Shown here: in pieces, positions 8,901-16,196 of the stretch
Position numbering within the stretch: position 1 is the stretch's first letter
How the letters are laid out: each line of letters opens with the position of its first letter
NCBI GenBank assembly: GCA_050506795.1
Contig: JBJHCF010000004.1
Coordinates: 68,872 to 132,871, forward strand
Length of the DNA stretch: 64,000 nt
From: Opitutia bacterium
GTDB taxonomy: Bacteria; Verrucomicrobiota; Verrucomicrobiia; Opitutales; T3Sed10-336
Direction: 5' to 3'
Translations under genes and position numbers: made by a program
Notes under the pieces: model-generated
Database searches by the model: none
Told to the model about the DNA's origin: nothing
What the model saw: the letters and a program-made list of their open reading frames with translations, nothing else

Positions 8901-9184
8901 GGCCCGTGTTGATGACCTCGCTGGTCGCCGGCCTTGGCTTTGTGCCGATGGCATTCGCTACCACCCTTGGCGCCGAGGTGCAGCGTCCGCTGGCGACGGT
9001 TGTGATTGGCGGCATCCTCTCCTCGACTCTTTTGACACTTCTCGTCCTGCCGGGCCTCTATCTAATCACCGAGCGTCGCGACAATCGCAATACCGGAAAA
9101 CTTTCAGAGAACGCAACGTCGGCTTCCGTCGTCAGTCACGACCATACAGAAGCAATCATTTCCCAACAAAAGACCACAAAATGA
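5960..9184 (+). CDS. CusA/CzcA-family heavy-metal efflux RND transporter
   Basis: 1074 aa. The N-terminus IEFSIRQRGFVLLLTVVLIVAGIWSAYHLHVDAVPDITSTQVQINT is the typical heavy-metal-efflux (HME) RND start. The TM4 segment reads AIDFGLIVSGAVIVVEN. Confidence 0.9.
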   Translation: MLNKLIEFSIRQRGFVLLLTVVLIVAGIWSAYHLHVDAVPDITSTQVQINTAVPALAPEEIEQLVTFPIESRMSGMPGLVELRSLSRPGLSQVTMTFADGSDVYRLRQLAMERLQEAMDEIPAGLQPTLAPISTGLSEIFYYAVGFAEDAPNVPESEYERLLELSQIQEYTVKPLLRATAGLAEVNTSGGYEKKILVQPDPVRLTQLGLTFDEFAERLKGGFVNVGGGLLEVGGEQVVIRSNSRMTRSEEVAGLPLKFGAQVNPILVGDVAEIVVGSSIRTGAATINGEEAVLGAAIMMAGENSRVVARAVSQRLAEIQNRMPEGVVITPLYDRGDLIDATISTVRRNLTHGAVLVIVVLFAMLGNIRAALIVAAVIPLSMLAAFIGMTLAGVSGNLMSLGAIDFGLIVSGAVIVVENCMRRLGLLRHRIGRDPRAEERRAEVLAASREVAKPMFFGVAIITIVYVPILALTGIEGKMFHPMALTVMFALTGSLLLGLTFAPALSSWVIAGRMTGEDSFLVRALRWIYHPILRFAVRFPVAVAVGAAALFALAVLTFLRLGAEFIPQLDEGSLAVQMVRSNSVGIQTSLELQQQAERLLLEEFPEVRQIFSRIGTAEIATDPMGPNVSDTYVLFHPQETWREINDRRARKDDLVAMMQRVLDRNIPGQVVLFSQPIQLRFNEIMAGARADIAVKIFGEDLETLEEQAFAVRDVLRTIPGGGDVEFDAMGRVPMLEIVPDREAMRRLNIHPDEINRVIQTALAGREAGLFIDGNRRFPVVVRLPEAQRHDFDAIRDLPVRTDGGGIVRLGQVADLRVEDRVGTITREMAERRAAILINLRGRDTESFVREAEARLRDEVVLPPGYAIEFGGQFENLQRARARLAVVVPIALCLIFFLIFSSTGSMQRSLVIFTGVPFAVTGGVFALWLRDMPFSISAGIGFIALSGIAVMDALVLVNCFNDLRREGRPLREAVMEGAMMRLRPVLMTSLVAGLGFVPMAFATTLGAEVQRPLATVVIGGILSSTLLTLLVLPGLYLITERRDNRNTGKLSENATSASVVSHDHTEAIISQQKTTK

Positions 9185-9639
9185 ATACACCATACGTCAT
9201 GAAACTAAAGAACGCACTTCTCGTATCTTTCGCATTGATGCTTGCGGGAGGAGCGGTCCTTGCCGCCGCTGAAAAGAGACAGCCCGGGCCGAACGGCGGG
9301 CTACTGCTGAAAACGGAGCCTCGAGCCGAGTTTTTTGTCAATAAGGACCGAAAGATCGAGATCACCTTTCTCGACGCTGAGCTAGAACCGGTGCCCCTGG
9401 AGCAACGAAACGTGCGGGTGACGGCAATGGCCCCTTCAGGACGAAAAATCCTGGAGTTTGACCGGAAGGAAAACGTCTTTATTTCCAAGGACCCCCTGCC
9501 GGACGGCGACGGCTACACCGTCGTTGCCCAGATCTGGCAGAAGGCGGATGACCGGCCGGAGAACTTCCGGATTGTGTATGAAGACTACGTCTGCGGCGGG
9601 TGCGACCTGGTGGAGTACGCCTGCATCTGCGATGACTGA
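9181..9639 (+). CDS. small periplasmic protein with a C-terminal Cys cluster
   Basis: The ATG at 9181 overlaps the RND pump stop as ATGA. The signal peptide is MNTPYVMKLKNALLVSFALMLAGGAVLAAA. The C-terminus is YEDYVCGGCDLVEYACICDD. It is listed only as the tail of the spurious ORF 8629..9639. Confidence 0.6.
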   Translation: MNTPYVMKLKNALLVSFALMLAGGAVLAAAEKRQPGPNGGLLLKTEPRAEFFVNKDRKIEITFLDAELEPVPLEQRNVRVTAMAPSGRKILEFDRKENVFISKDPLPDGDGYTVVAQIWQKADDRPENFRIVYEDYVCGGCDLVEYACICDD

Positions 9640-9659
9640 GATCTGACACCGATCGCGCG

Positions 9660-11813
9660 ATGAGCGAAATACCCGCAGGCCGGGCTGGGAAAGAGACAGT
9701 CCTCGAAATCGAGGGGATGGATTGCTCCGAAGAAGTGAAGCTACTGGAGAATGTTCTCGGCGGTGTGGCGGGTGTCTGCTATGTGCGGGCGAATCTTGTA
9801 ATGAACCGGATCACCGTTATTCATGACGAGCCGGTTGAAATATCGGATCTGGTTGCAGCGATCCAAACCACCGGTATGAAAGCCCACCCACCAAAACGGG
9901 CGGGCACGGACCGGCTTGCGCGCCGCAGTGATCGGGGGCGATTGATGGCGGTCGCGCTGTCGGGCGCGCTCGCCATCTCCGGGCTTGTTCTGCAATGGAC
10001 AGCCGCGGCCCCGGAGGCGGTGAGAATTGCGCTGTTTGCCGGAGCGATAGCTTCGGGCGGCTGGTATATCGTCCCCAAGGCGGTGGGAGCGGCCCGCCGG
10101 ATGACTCCCGATATGAACCTGCTGATGACGGTGGCTGTGGCAGGCGCGGCCCTCATCGGCGAATGGGGAGAAGGGGCCATCGTCGTCTTTCTGTTCGGAC
10201 TCGCCGAATTGCTCGAAGCGATGAGCGTGAGTCGAGCTCGCCGGGCCATTCAGTCGTTGATGGCACTCAGTCCCCAAACGGCGCTGGTGAAAAGGGGTGA
10301 GCGATTCGAGGAACTGCCTGCTGAGTCGGTTCAAATCGGCGAAGTGATCGCCGTGCAGAACGGCGCCCGGATTCCGCTCGACGGGGTGGTCCTCTCCGGT
10401 TCGTCAGCCGTCGATCAAGCAGCGATCACCGGTGAATCGATGCCAGTTTCAAAATCTTCAGGCGACGAGGTGTTCGCCGGAACGCTCAATGGCGAGGGCG
10501 CGATGGAGATCCGCGTCACCCGCGAGGCGTCCGGTTCGACACTGGCGAAGATCATTAAGCTGGTCGAGGAAGCGCAGGAGCAAAAAGCGCCATCGCAACG
10601 GTTCGTCGATGTATTTGCGAAATATTACACGCCGATTGTGATGCTCCTGGCGGGGGCGGTTTTTCTCCTGCCGCCTCTGCTCCTCGGCGCACCGTGGGAG
10701 ACTTGGTTTTACCGATCCCTCGTTCTGCTCGTGATCGCCTGCCCGTGCGCGCTCGTCATCTCTACCCCTGTTTCCATCGTTTCGGCGTTGACCGCCATGG
10801 CCCGCCGGGGAGTTCTCGTTAAAGGAGGCGCTTTTCTCGAATCGGTGGGAAAACTGCGGGCATTGGCCGTGGACAAGACCGGAACGATCACGCAGGGACG
10901 ACCGACGGTGACGGAGGTGATTTCCCTCAATCGCAACCAGGAAGGGGATGTCCTCCGAATCGCGGCGGCGATCGATGTGCATTCGCAGCACCCGCTGGCA
11001 AAAGCGGTGGTCGAGACAGCCGAACGGCGCGGCATTACCTATCCCCGTGGCGCGGATTATCGCGCCCGGACCGGGAGTGGGGCCGAGGCGACGATCGATG
11101 GCCATCGTTACTTTGTCGGCAACCATCGCCTCGCGCATGAATTGGGCGTCTGTTCGCCGCAGGTAGAGGGGATTCTCGCAGAGATCGAACAACGCGGTGA
11201 ATCCGTAGCGGTTGTCGGGCACATGCCCCACGACGATTGCCCGGGCGACATCCTCGGCGTCGTGGCGCTGGGAGATGCCATTCGGCAGGATGCTGCCGAG
11301 GCGGTACGGGCACTTCATCAGGCGGGGGTTCGCAATGTCGTGATGTTGAGCGGCGACAATCAGAAGACAGTGGACGCGATCTCGCGGCAAGTCTGCATCG
11401 ACCAGGCCTGGGGGAACCTGCTGCCGGGCGACAAAATCGCCCGCGTGCGGGAGCTGGTGAAACGGCATCACCACGTCGGCATGATTGGCGATGGGGTGAA
11501 CGATGCTCCCGCCATGGCTGCCGCAACAGTTGGAATCGCCATGGGCGCGGCGGGCACGGATACCGCGATTGAGACGGCGGACGTTGTCCTGATGGAAGAC
11601 GACCTGAGCAAGGTCGCCGAAACCATCCACCTCGGCCGGCGGACCGTCAGAATCATTCAATTCAACATCGCTTTGGCTATTGGAGTCAAAGCTCTCTTTC
11701 TGGCGCTCACGATTGCCGGTTATGCCAGCCTATGGCTGGCCATAGCCGCCGATACCGGCGCGACGTTAATTGTCATTTCTAACAGCCTGAGGTTGCTGCG
11801 AACTCGAGAATGA
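9660..11813 (+). CDS. heavy-metal translocating P1B-type ATPase (Zn/Cd/Pb-like)
   Basis: Motifs seen are TGES (ITGESMPV), the CPC motif (IACPCALVISTP), DKTGTIT and GDGVNDAPAM. The N-terminal heavy-metal-associated (HMA) like domain reads EGMDCSEEV, with one Cys only. Confidence 0.9.
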   Translation: MSEIPAGRAGKETVLEIEGMDCSEEVKLLENVLGGVAGVCYVRANLVMNRITVIHDEPVEISDLVAAIQTTGMKAHPPKRAGTDRLARRSDRGRLMAVALSGALAISGLVLQWTAAAPEAVRIALFAGAIASGGWYIVPKAVGAARRMTPDMNLLMTVAVAGAALIGEWGEGAIVVFLFGLAELLEAMSVSRARRAIQSLMALSPQTALVKRGERFEELPAESVQIGEVIAVQNGARIPLDGVVLSGSSAVDQAAITGESMPVSKSSGDEVFAGTLNGEGAMEIRVTREASGSTLAKIIKLVEEAQEQKAPSQRFVDVFAKYYTPIVMLLAGAVFLLPPLLLGAPWETWFYRSLVLLVIACPCALVISTPVSIVSALTAMARRGVLVKGGAFLESVGKLRALAVDKTGTITQGRPTVTEVISLNRNQEGDVLRIAAAIDVHSQHPLAKAVVETAERRGITYPRGADYRARTGSGAEATIDGHRYFVGNHRLAHELGVCSPQVEGILAEIEQRGESVAVVGHMPHDDCPGDILGVVALGDAIRQDAAEAVRALHQAGVRNVVMLSGDNQKTVDAISRQVCIDQAWGNLLPGDKIARVRELVKRHHHVGMIGDGVNDAPAMAAATVGIAMGAAGTDTAIETADVVLMEDDLSKVAETIHLGRRTVRIIQFNIALAIGVKALFLALTIAGYASLWLAIAADTGATLIVISNSLRLLRTRE

Positions 11814-12013
11814 TCCTCAGATGCGGAGGAGAACGACGACCAGCTGTGGGGACGGACGAGACCTTGATCTTTAAAGCTGATTTGCCACTTATTTGCCAAT
11901 TTAGAAGATTTTTGCTGCTTTTTTATGCATCTAGCTGCGCCGACATTTATTCGTAAGATACTGATAAATGCACCTTAAAGACATCTACGTGCAGTATTAG
12001 GAAAACTACTATC

Positions 12014-12039
12014 GGGTTCGAATCCCTCTCTCTCCGCCA
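12014..12039 (+). other. tRNA-Ser 3'-end fragment, candidate att site
   Basis: The sequence GGGTTCGAATCCCTCTCTCTCCGCCA reads as T-loop, 3' T-stem CCCTC, 3' acceptor strand TCTCTCC, discriminator G, then CCA. There is no matching 5' acceptor strand, D arm or anticodon arm upstream. Confidence 0.6.
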
Positions 12040-12255
12040 TTCGACGCGTTCCGCTCCGCTCCACTTGTTGGAAATCCCGAGCGGAGCCGAGGGGCTCATG
12101 GCAGGCCCCGGAAAACTCAAACCCGATAGTTTGCTCAAGAGCGTCGACCGTTCCCGGGCATCGGGTGCTGTGCAGGAATCACGAACCCCATAAACAGGCT
12201 TGCCGGTGCGGCGGGGCGCCGCAAGAATTGGGTTAATTTTAGATTCTTGAGTGCT

Positions 12256-12681
12256 ATGATCAGGCGGTTGCGTAAATGGTTTTCATTACCCATAAAAGAG
12301 CGGAGGGAGTTGCTTGAAGCCTTTTTCCTGTTGTGGCGGATCCGGCTCGGACTGTGGGTTTGTTCCTTTCGAAGGGTGCGGCGGTTTGTGAGGAACCAGC
12401 TTTGCCGGCCCCGCGATCGGAAGCCTGAATATTCGTCGCGGCGGACCGGCCGTCATGTCGAACGCGCCGCCCGGTTCGTTTTTCGCGGAAGTTGTCTGAC
12501 GCAGGCCCTTACCACCCAGATCATGCTTTCGCGGCGCGGACAACCGTCTGACCTCCGTTTCGGCGCCAAGAAGGTCGGCGAAAAGTTTGAGGCGCACGCC
12601 TGGGTCGAGATCAACGGCGAGGTGATCATTGGCGAACCGGCGCCCGGGGAATTTTCGGATTTTCAGGAGCACACCGGTTGA
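12256..12681 (+). CDS. lasso-peptide biosynthesis B2-like protein (transglutaminase-like Cys protease), orphan
   Basis: CLTQALTTQIMLSRRG followed by FEAHAWVEINGEVIIGE carries the Cys and His-Ala-Trp-Val signature of McjB-C/B2 proteins. The ORF-track start at 12247 is a TTG; the first ATG is at 12256. Confidence 0.7.
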   Translation: MIRRLRKWFSLPIKERRELLEAFFLLWRIRLGLWVCSFRRVRRFVRNQLCRPRDRKPEYSSRRTGRHVERAARFVFRGSCLTQALTTQIMLSRRGQPSDLRFGAKKVGEKFEAHAWVEINGEVIIGEPAPGEFSDFQEHTG

Positions 12682-12711
12682 TCGTCCGGTCGGCTTGCTT
12701 CCGGACCGCCT

Positions 12712-14310
12712 TCAGGGTTTGTCGGCCGGGAGGGAATCGCTTCCGGGCTTTGATTCTCCGCGGATTACGGTTTGGATCCGGCGCAGCATATCTTTCAGTT
12801 CGTAGGGCTTTTGCATGAAGTCGTCCGCCGCCCCTGTTATGAGCTTTTCCTGGTGATCGCGCTCGAGATAGCCGCTGGCCAGGATAATTTTCGCATTGGG
12901 GTTTGATCCTTTGATACGCTCGGCCACCTCTGCGCCGTCGATTCTTGGCAGGCCCAGATCGAGGAAAATCAAGGCGATCTCGTTTTTGTTTTCTTCGTAG
13001 ACCGAAAGCGCTTCGGCCCCGTCCGAGGCGGTGATAACGTGATATCCCTTGCGGCGGAGACTCAGGCTTGTCATCTGGAGGATGTTGGGCTCGTCCTCGA
13101 CGACCAGAATCGTTTCACCCCGACCGTCGATTGAATCCTCGCGGGCATCGGTTCGAGGTTCTTCCGCCGCGGAGGTCTCTGAGACCGGGAAATAAAGATC
13201 GAAGCGAGTGCCCGCATTCGGTTTACTCCAGACCTCGATATGCCCGTGGTGGCTTTTCACTATGCCGTGAACCACGGCGAGACCCAGCCCGCTGCCGCTT
13301 CCGCGTTTTTTGGTGGTGAAGAACGGCTCGAAAATCGACCCGAGCACTTCCTCGGTCATTCCGGCGCCAGTGTCACTCACACACATCAGAACGTAGGGGG
13401 TGTTGCCCGGATTGGGGAAGGTGGCGGGGAGTTGATCGGCGGAGATCGATCTGGTGCTCAAGGTGATGGTGCCCGCCGAGTCCATGGCATCGCGGGCATT
13501 GAGGCAGAGGTTTATTAAGATCTGACCAATCTGTGAGGAATCGCCCTGAATGTACGGCCCGGTCGGATCGAGTTCGACCTGGATTTCGACGGTTTTGGGC
13601 AGGGTTTCGCGAAGCATGCTTACGATGCTTTCGATGGCGTCGTTGAATTGGAGAGGTTTCAATGAAACGGGGTTTTTGCGGGCGAAGGTCAGGATCTGTT
13701 TCACCAGGTCGGAGGCGCGTTGGCCGGCGGTATCGATCTGGGTCAGATAACCCCTGGCGGGATGATCATCATCCATTGAGTCCGCGGCGAGCTCGCAGTA
13801 GCCGATAATGATCCCGATGAGATTGTTGAAATCATGTGCGATGCCTCCGGCCAGGGACCCCAGGCTTTCCATCTTCTGCGAATAATGCAGTTGATTCTCC
13901 AGCCGTTTTCGTTCGGTCACATCCCGGCCGATTCCAAAAATCGAGGAGTCCGGGGCGGTCTGTTCGTGGCCTGCGATGACAAACTCGCCGTTGACAAACC
14001 CCCCGTCCTTCCGTCGAACCCGCAATTCGAAGATGCCGCTGCTGTTTCCTTGAAGTGCCTGCCGGAACTTGTCCATGGCGAGGGGCAAATCGGACTCGTG
14101 GATCAAGGGCGGAAAGGGAAGGCCGATCCAATCATCAGTCGACCAGCCGGTTATCGTGGTGAACGCTTGGTTCAGCAGCGTTATCCGTCCCTCGGGATCA
14201 AGACGGAAAAACACATCGCGTGCGTTTTCCACCAACCGCCGGTAGTGATTTTCGGATTCTTGACCGCTGTGGAAAGCCGTGGGTTTCTCCTGCATTTTCA
14301 ATCCGGACAA
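12712..14310 (-). CDS. hybrid sensor histidine kinase/response regulator (PAS-HisKA-HATPase-REC)
   Basis: The PAS region reads [15 protein letters not shown]. The H-box is [10 protein letters not shown], the G2 box is [13 protein letters not shown], and the receiver begins [11 protein letters not shown] and continues IFLDLGLP. Confidence 0.9.
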   Translation of the reverse strand: MSGLKMQEKPTAFHSGQESENHYRRLVENARDVFFRLDPEGRITLLNQAFTTITGWSTDDWIGLPFPPLIHESDLPLAMDKFRQALQGNSSGIFELRVRRKDGGFVNGEFVIAGHEQTAPDSSIFGIGRDVTERKRLENQLHYSQKMESLGSLAGGIAHDFNNLIGIIIGYCELAADSMDDDHPARGYLTQIDTAGQRASDLVKQILTFARKNPVSLKPLQFNDAIESIVSMLRETLPKTVEIQVELDPTGPYIQGDSSQIGQILINLCLNARDAMDSAGTITLSTRSISADQLPATFPNPGNTPYVLMCVSDTGAGMTEEVLGSIFEPFFTTKKRGSGSGLGLAVVHGIVKSHHGHIEVWSKPNAGTRFDLYFPVSETSAAEEPRTDAREDSIDGRGETILVVEDEPNILQMTSLSLRRKGYHVITASDGAEALSVYEENKNEIALIFLDLGLPRIDGAEVAERIKGSNPNAKIILASGYLERDHQEKLITGAADDFMQKPYELKDMLRRIQTVIRGESKPGSDSLPADKP

Positions 14311-14457
14311 CTTGCGACGTTATGAATCCATGTGGCTCGCCATCAGCATGTTTCGAGGACCAGGCGTCGCTTCGGTATCGGCTATCATCGGCGAGACTTT
14401 TTTTTTCTCAAGTAAATTTTTGCTTTTTGAAACCGCTGCTTTAACGTGGTTTTTGTT

Positions 14458-14907
14458 ATGCAGGATCTTGCGGATTTGTATCAGGCGGTTATTCTGGACC
14501 ACAACCGCCGGCCCAGAAATTTCGTGGCGATGGAAAGCCCGGATCGCGTCGCGGTGGGCGACAATCCCGTCTGCGGGGACCACTACACGGTGTTCCTGCG
14601 ATTGGAGGGGGATCGTATTTCCGAGGTGTCTTTTCAGGGAGCCGGGTGCGCTATTTCCAAAGCTTCGGCTTCGGTCATGACTTCCCTGCTCAAAGGTAAA
14701 ACCGCGGAGGAGGCGCGGGAAATTTACGAAAATTTTCATCGGATGGTCACCACCGGCGAGGTGGATCCGGAGAACCTCAGTGACCTTTCGGCATTTGCCG
14801 GAGTGCACCAGTTTCCCGCCCGTATCAAATGTGCCACCCTGTCCTGGCATGCCGCTTTGAACGCCGTCGCCGACCCGGAAGGCGGCAAGGTGAGCACCGA
14901 GGAATAA
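14458..14907 (+). CDS. sufU: SufU/IscU-like Fe-S cluster assembly sulfur-transfer protein
   Basis: Motifs NPVCGD, GAGCAIS and IKCATL are present. It lies directly upstream of the cysteine desulfurase. Confidence 0.85.
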   Translation: MQDLADLYQAVILDHNRRPRNFVAMESPDRVAVGDNPVCGDHYTVFLRLEGDRISEVSFQGAGCAISKASASVMTSLLKGKTAEEAREIYENFHRMVTTGEVDPENLSDLSAFAGVHQFPARIKCATLSWHAALNAVADPEGGKVSTEE

Positions 14908-14955
14908 TCCAGGATTCGATCCAGACGGAACGGATCCGGTTTGAATCCCGACTTT

Positions 14956-16173
14956 ATGAGAGCAATCGAAACATTGCGTAAGGATTTTCCGATTCTGCAT
15001 CAGCAGGTAAACGGATTTGATCTGGTGTATTTTGACAATGCCGCGACGACTCAGAAACCAAGAGCGGTTCTGGATGTGTTGATGCACTATTACGAGCGCG
15101 ACAACAGCAACGTGCATCGGGGCATTCACACCTTGAGTCATCGTGCCACCGTCTCCTACGAGGCCGCACGCGAACGCGTGGCCTCCTTCATCGGCGCCCG
15201 GACGGAGGAGGTGGTGTTTACCCGGGGAACCACCGAAGGCATCAACCTGGTGGCCCGAGCCTGGGGCGATGCGAATCTGCGGGCGGGAGATCGAATCCTC
15301 CTCACCGAGATGGAGCATCACAGCAATCTGGTGCCCTGGCAGCTTCTGGCGGAGCGAACCGGTGCGGAGTTGACTTACCTGCCCATCACGGGCGATGAAG
15401 GTCTCTTGGATCTGGAGCGACTGGACGCCCTGCTTTCCGATGGGGTGAAACTGTTCGCATTCACCCATATTTCCAATGCGCTCGGGACCATCAATCCGGT
15501 GGCCGAGTTGTGCCGGCGCGCGCGAGAGAGGGGAGTCGTTACCTTGGTCGACGCCGCTCAGAGCGTCGGACACGCCCCCCTGGATGTGATGGATCTGGGG
15601 TGCGATTTCCTGGTTTTTTCGGGGCATAAAATGTGCGCCCCCACCGGGATAGGCGCGCTGTACGGTCGGCTTGACCTGCTCCAGTCGCTTCCGCCGTTCC
15701 ACGGGGGCGGAGAAATGATTCTGACGGTGGATTGGCACCGGAGTGATTGGAAGCGGGCGCCTCATAAGTTTGAAGCCGGTACCCCCAATATCGCCGGCGC
15801 CATCGCTTTGGCGGCGGCCATGGAGTACCTGGACTCAATTGGTCGCGAAGCGATTTTCGCCCACGACAGGGAACTGGGCGCTTATGCCGCGGCGCGGCTG
15901 AGGGAGCTTCCGAATCTCCGTCTTTTGGGTCCCCGCGACGAGCGCTCGGGAATCGTCAGTTTTCACCTGAACGATATCCATTCCCATGACATCGTGAGTT
16001 TCGCCGATCACCGCGGAATTGCGCTGCGCGGGGGGCATCACTGTACGCAGCCCCTGATGCGGCGACTGGGTCTGGATTCGACCACCCGCGCGAGTTTTTA
16101 CTTTTACAATACTCGCGAAGAGATTGACCGGTTTGTCGAAGTTCTCTCCGAGATCCAGAAATTTTTCGGCTAA
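14956..16173 (+). CDS. sufS: SufS-type cysteine desulfurase (class V aminotransferase)
   Basis: Motifs seen are YFDNAATTQKP, the PLP-lysine motif FSGHKM, and the active-site region RGGHHCTQPL. The listed start at 14941 is a TTG; the first ATG is at 14956. Confidence 0.9.
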   Translation: MRAIETLRKDFPILHQQVNGFDLVYFDNAATTQKPRAVLDVLMHYYERDNSNVHRGIHTLSHRATVSYEAARERVASFIGARTEEVVFTRGTTEGINLVARAWGDANLRAGDRILLTEMEHHSNLVPWQLLAERTGAELTYLPITGDEGLLDLERLDALLSDGVKLFAFTHISNALGTINPVAELCRRARERGVVTLVDAAQSVGHAPLDVMDLGCDFLVFSGHKMCAPTGIGALYGRLDLLQSLPPFHGGGEMILTVDWHRSDWKRAPHKFEAGTPNIAGAIALAAAMEYLDSIGREAIFAHDRELGAYAAARLRELPNLRLLGPRDERSGIVSFHLNDIHSHDIVSFADHRGIALRGGHHCTQPLMRRLGLDSTTRASFYFYNTREEIDRFVEVLSEIQKFFG

Positions 16174-16196
16174 GTTCGTCCCGGTTCATTGAGCGG

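Noticed and set aside
11847-12039. A possible tmRNA: GGGGACG at 11847 could pair with the TCTCTCC acceptor strand, including a G3:U wobble.
   Set aside because: The span is only ~190 nt. I could find no tag reading frame ending in an Ala-Ala stop. The 5' strand of the T stem does not pair (TCGGG against CCCTC). The interior is AT-rich and unstructured. A tRNA-Ser 3' fragment explains it better.
12098-12193. A 31-aa ORF (MAGPGKLKPDSLLKSVDRSRASGAVQESRTP) as a lasso-peptide precursor for the adjacent B2-like gene.
   Set aside because: There is no penultimate-Thr leader end. No Gly/Ala/Ser/Cys-1 with Asp or Glu at position 7-9 gives a plausible macrolactam. No cyclase or B1 gene is nearby. The ORF overlaps the inverted-repeat structure beside the att scar.
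14320-15765. Long antisense or out-of-frame ORFs: 14320-15765, 10458-11660, 21047-23071, 26939-28177, 33216-34541, 43015-44676, 45136-46290, 59123-60727, 61159-62802, 62839-63969, and many shorter ones.
   Set aside because: Each lies opposite or out of frame to a gene with clear family motifs. Their translations are Arg/Pro/Gly-rich low-complexity sequence, as expected from stop-poor frames in high-GC DNA.
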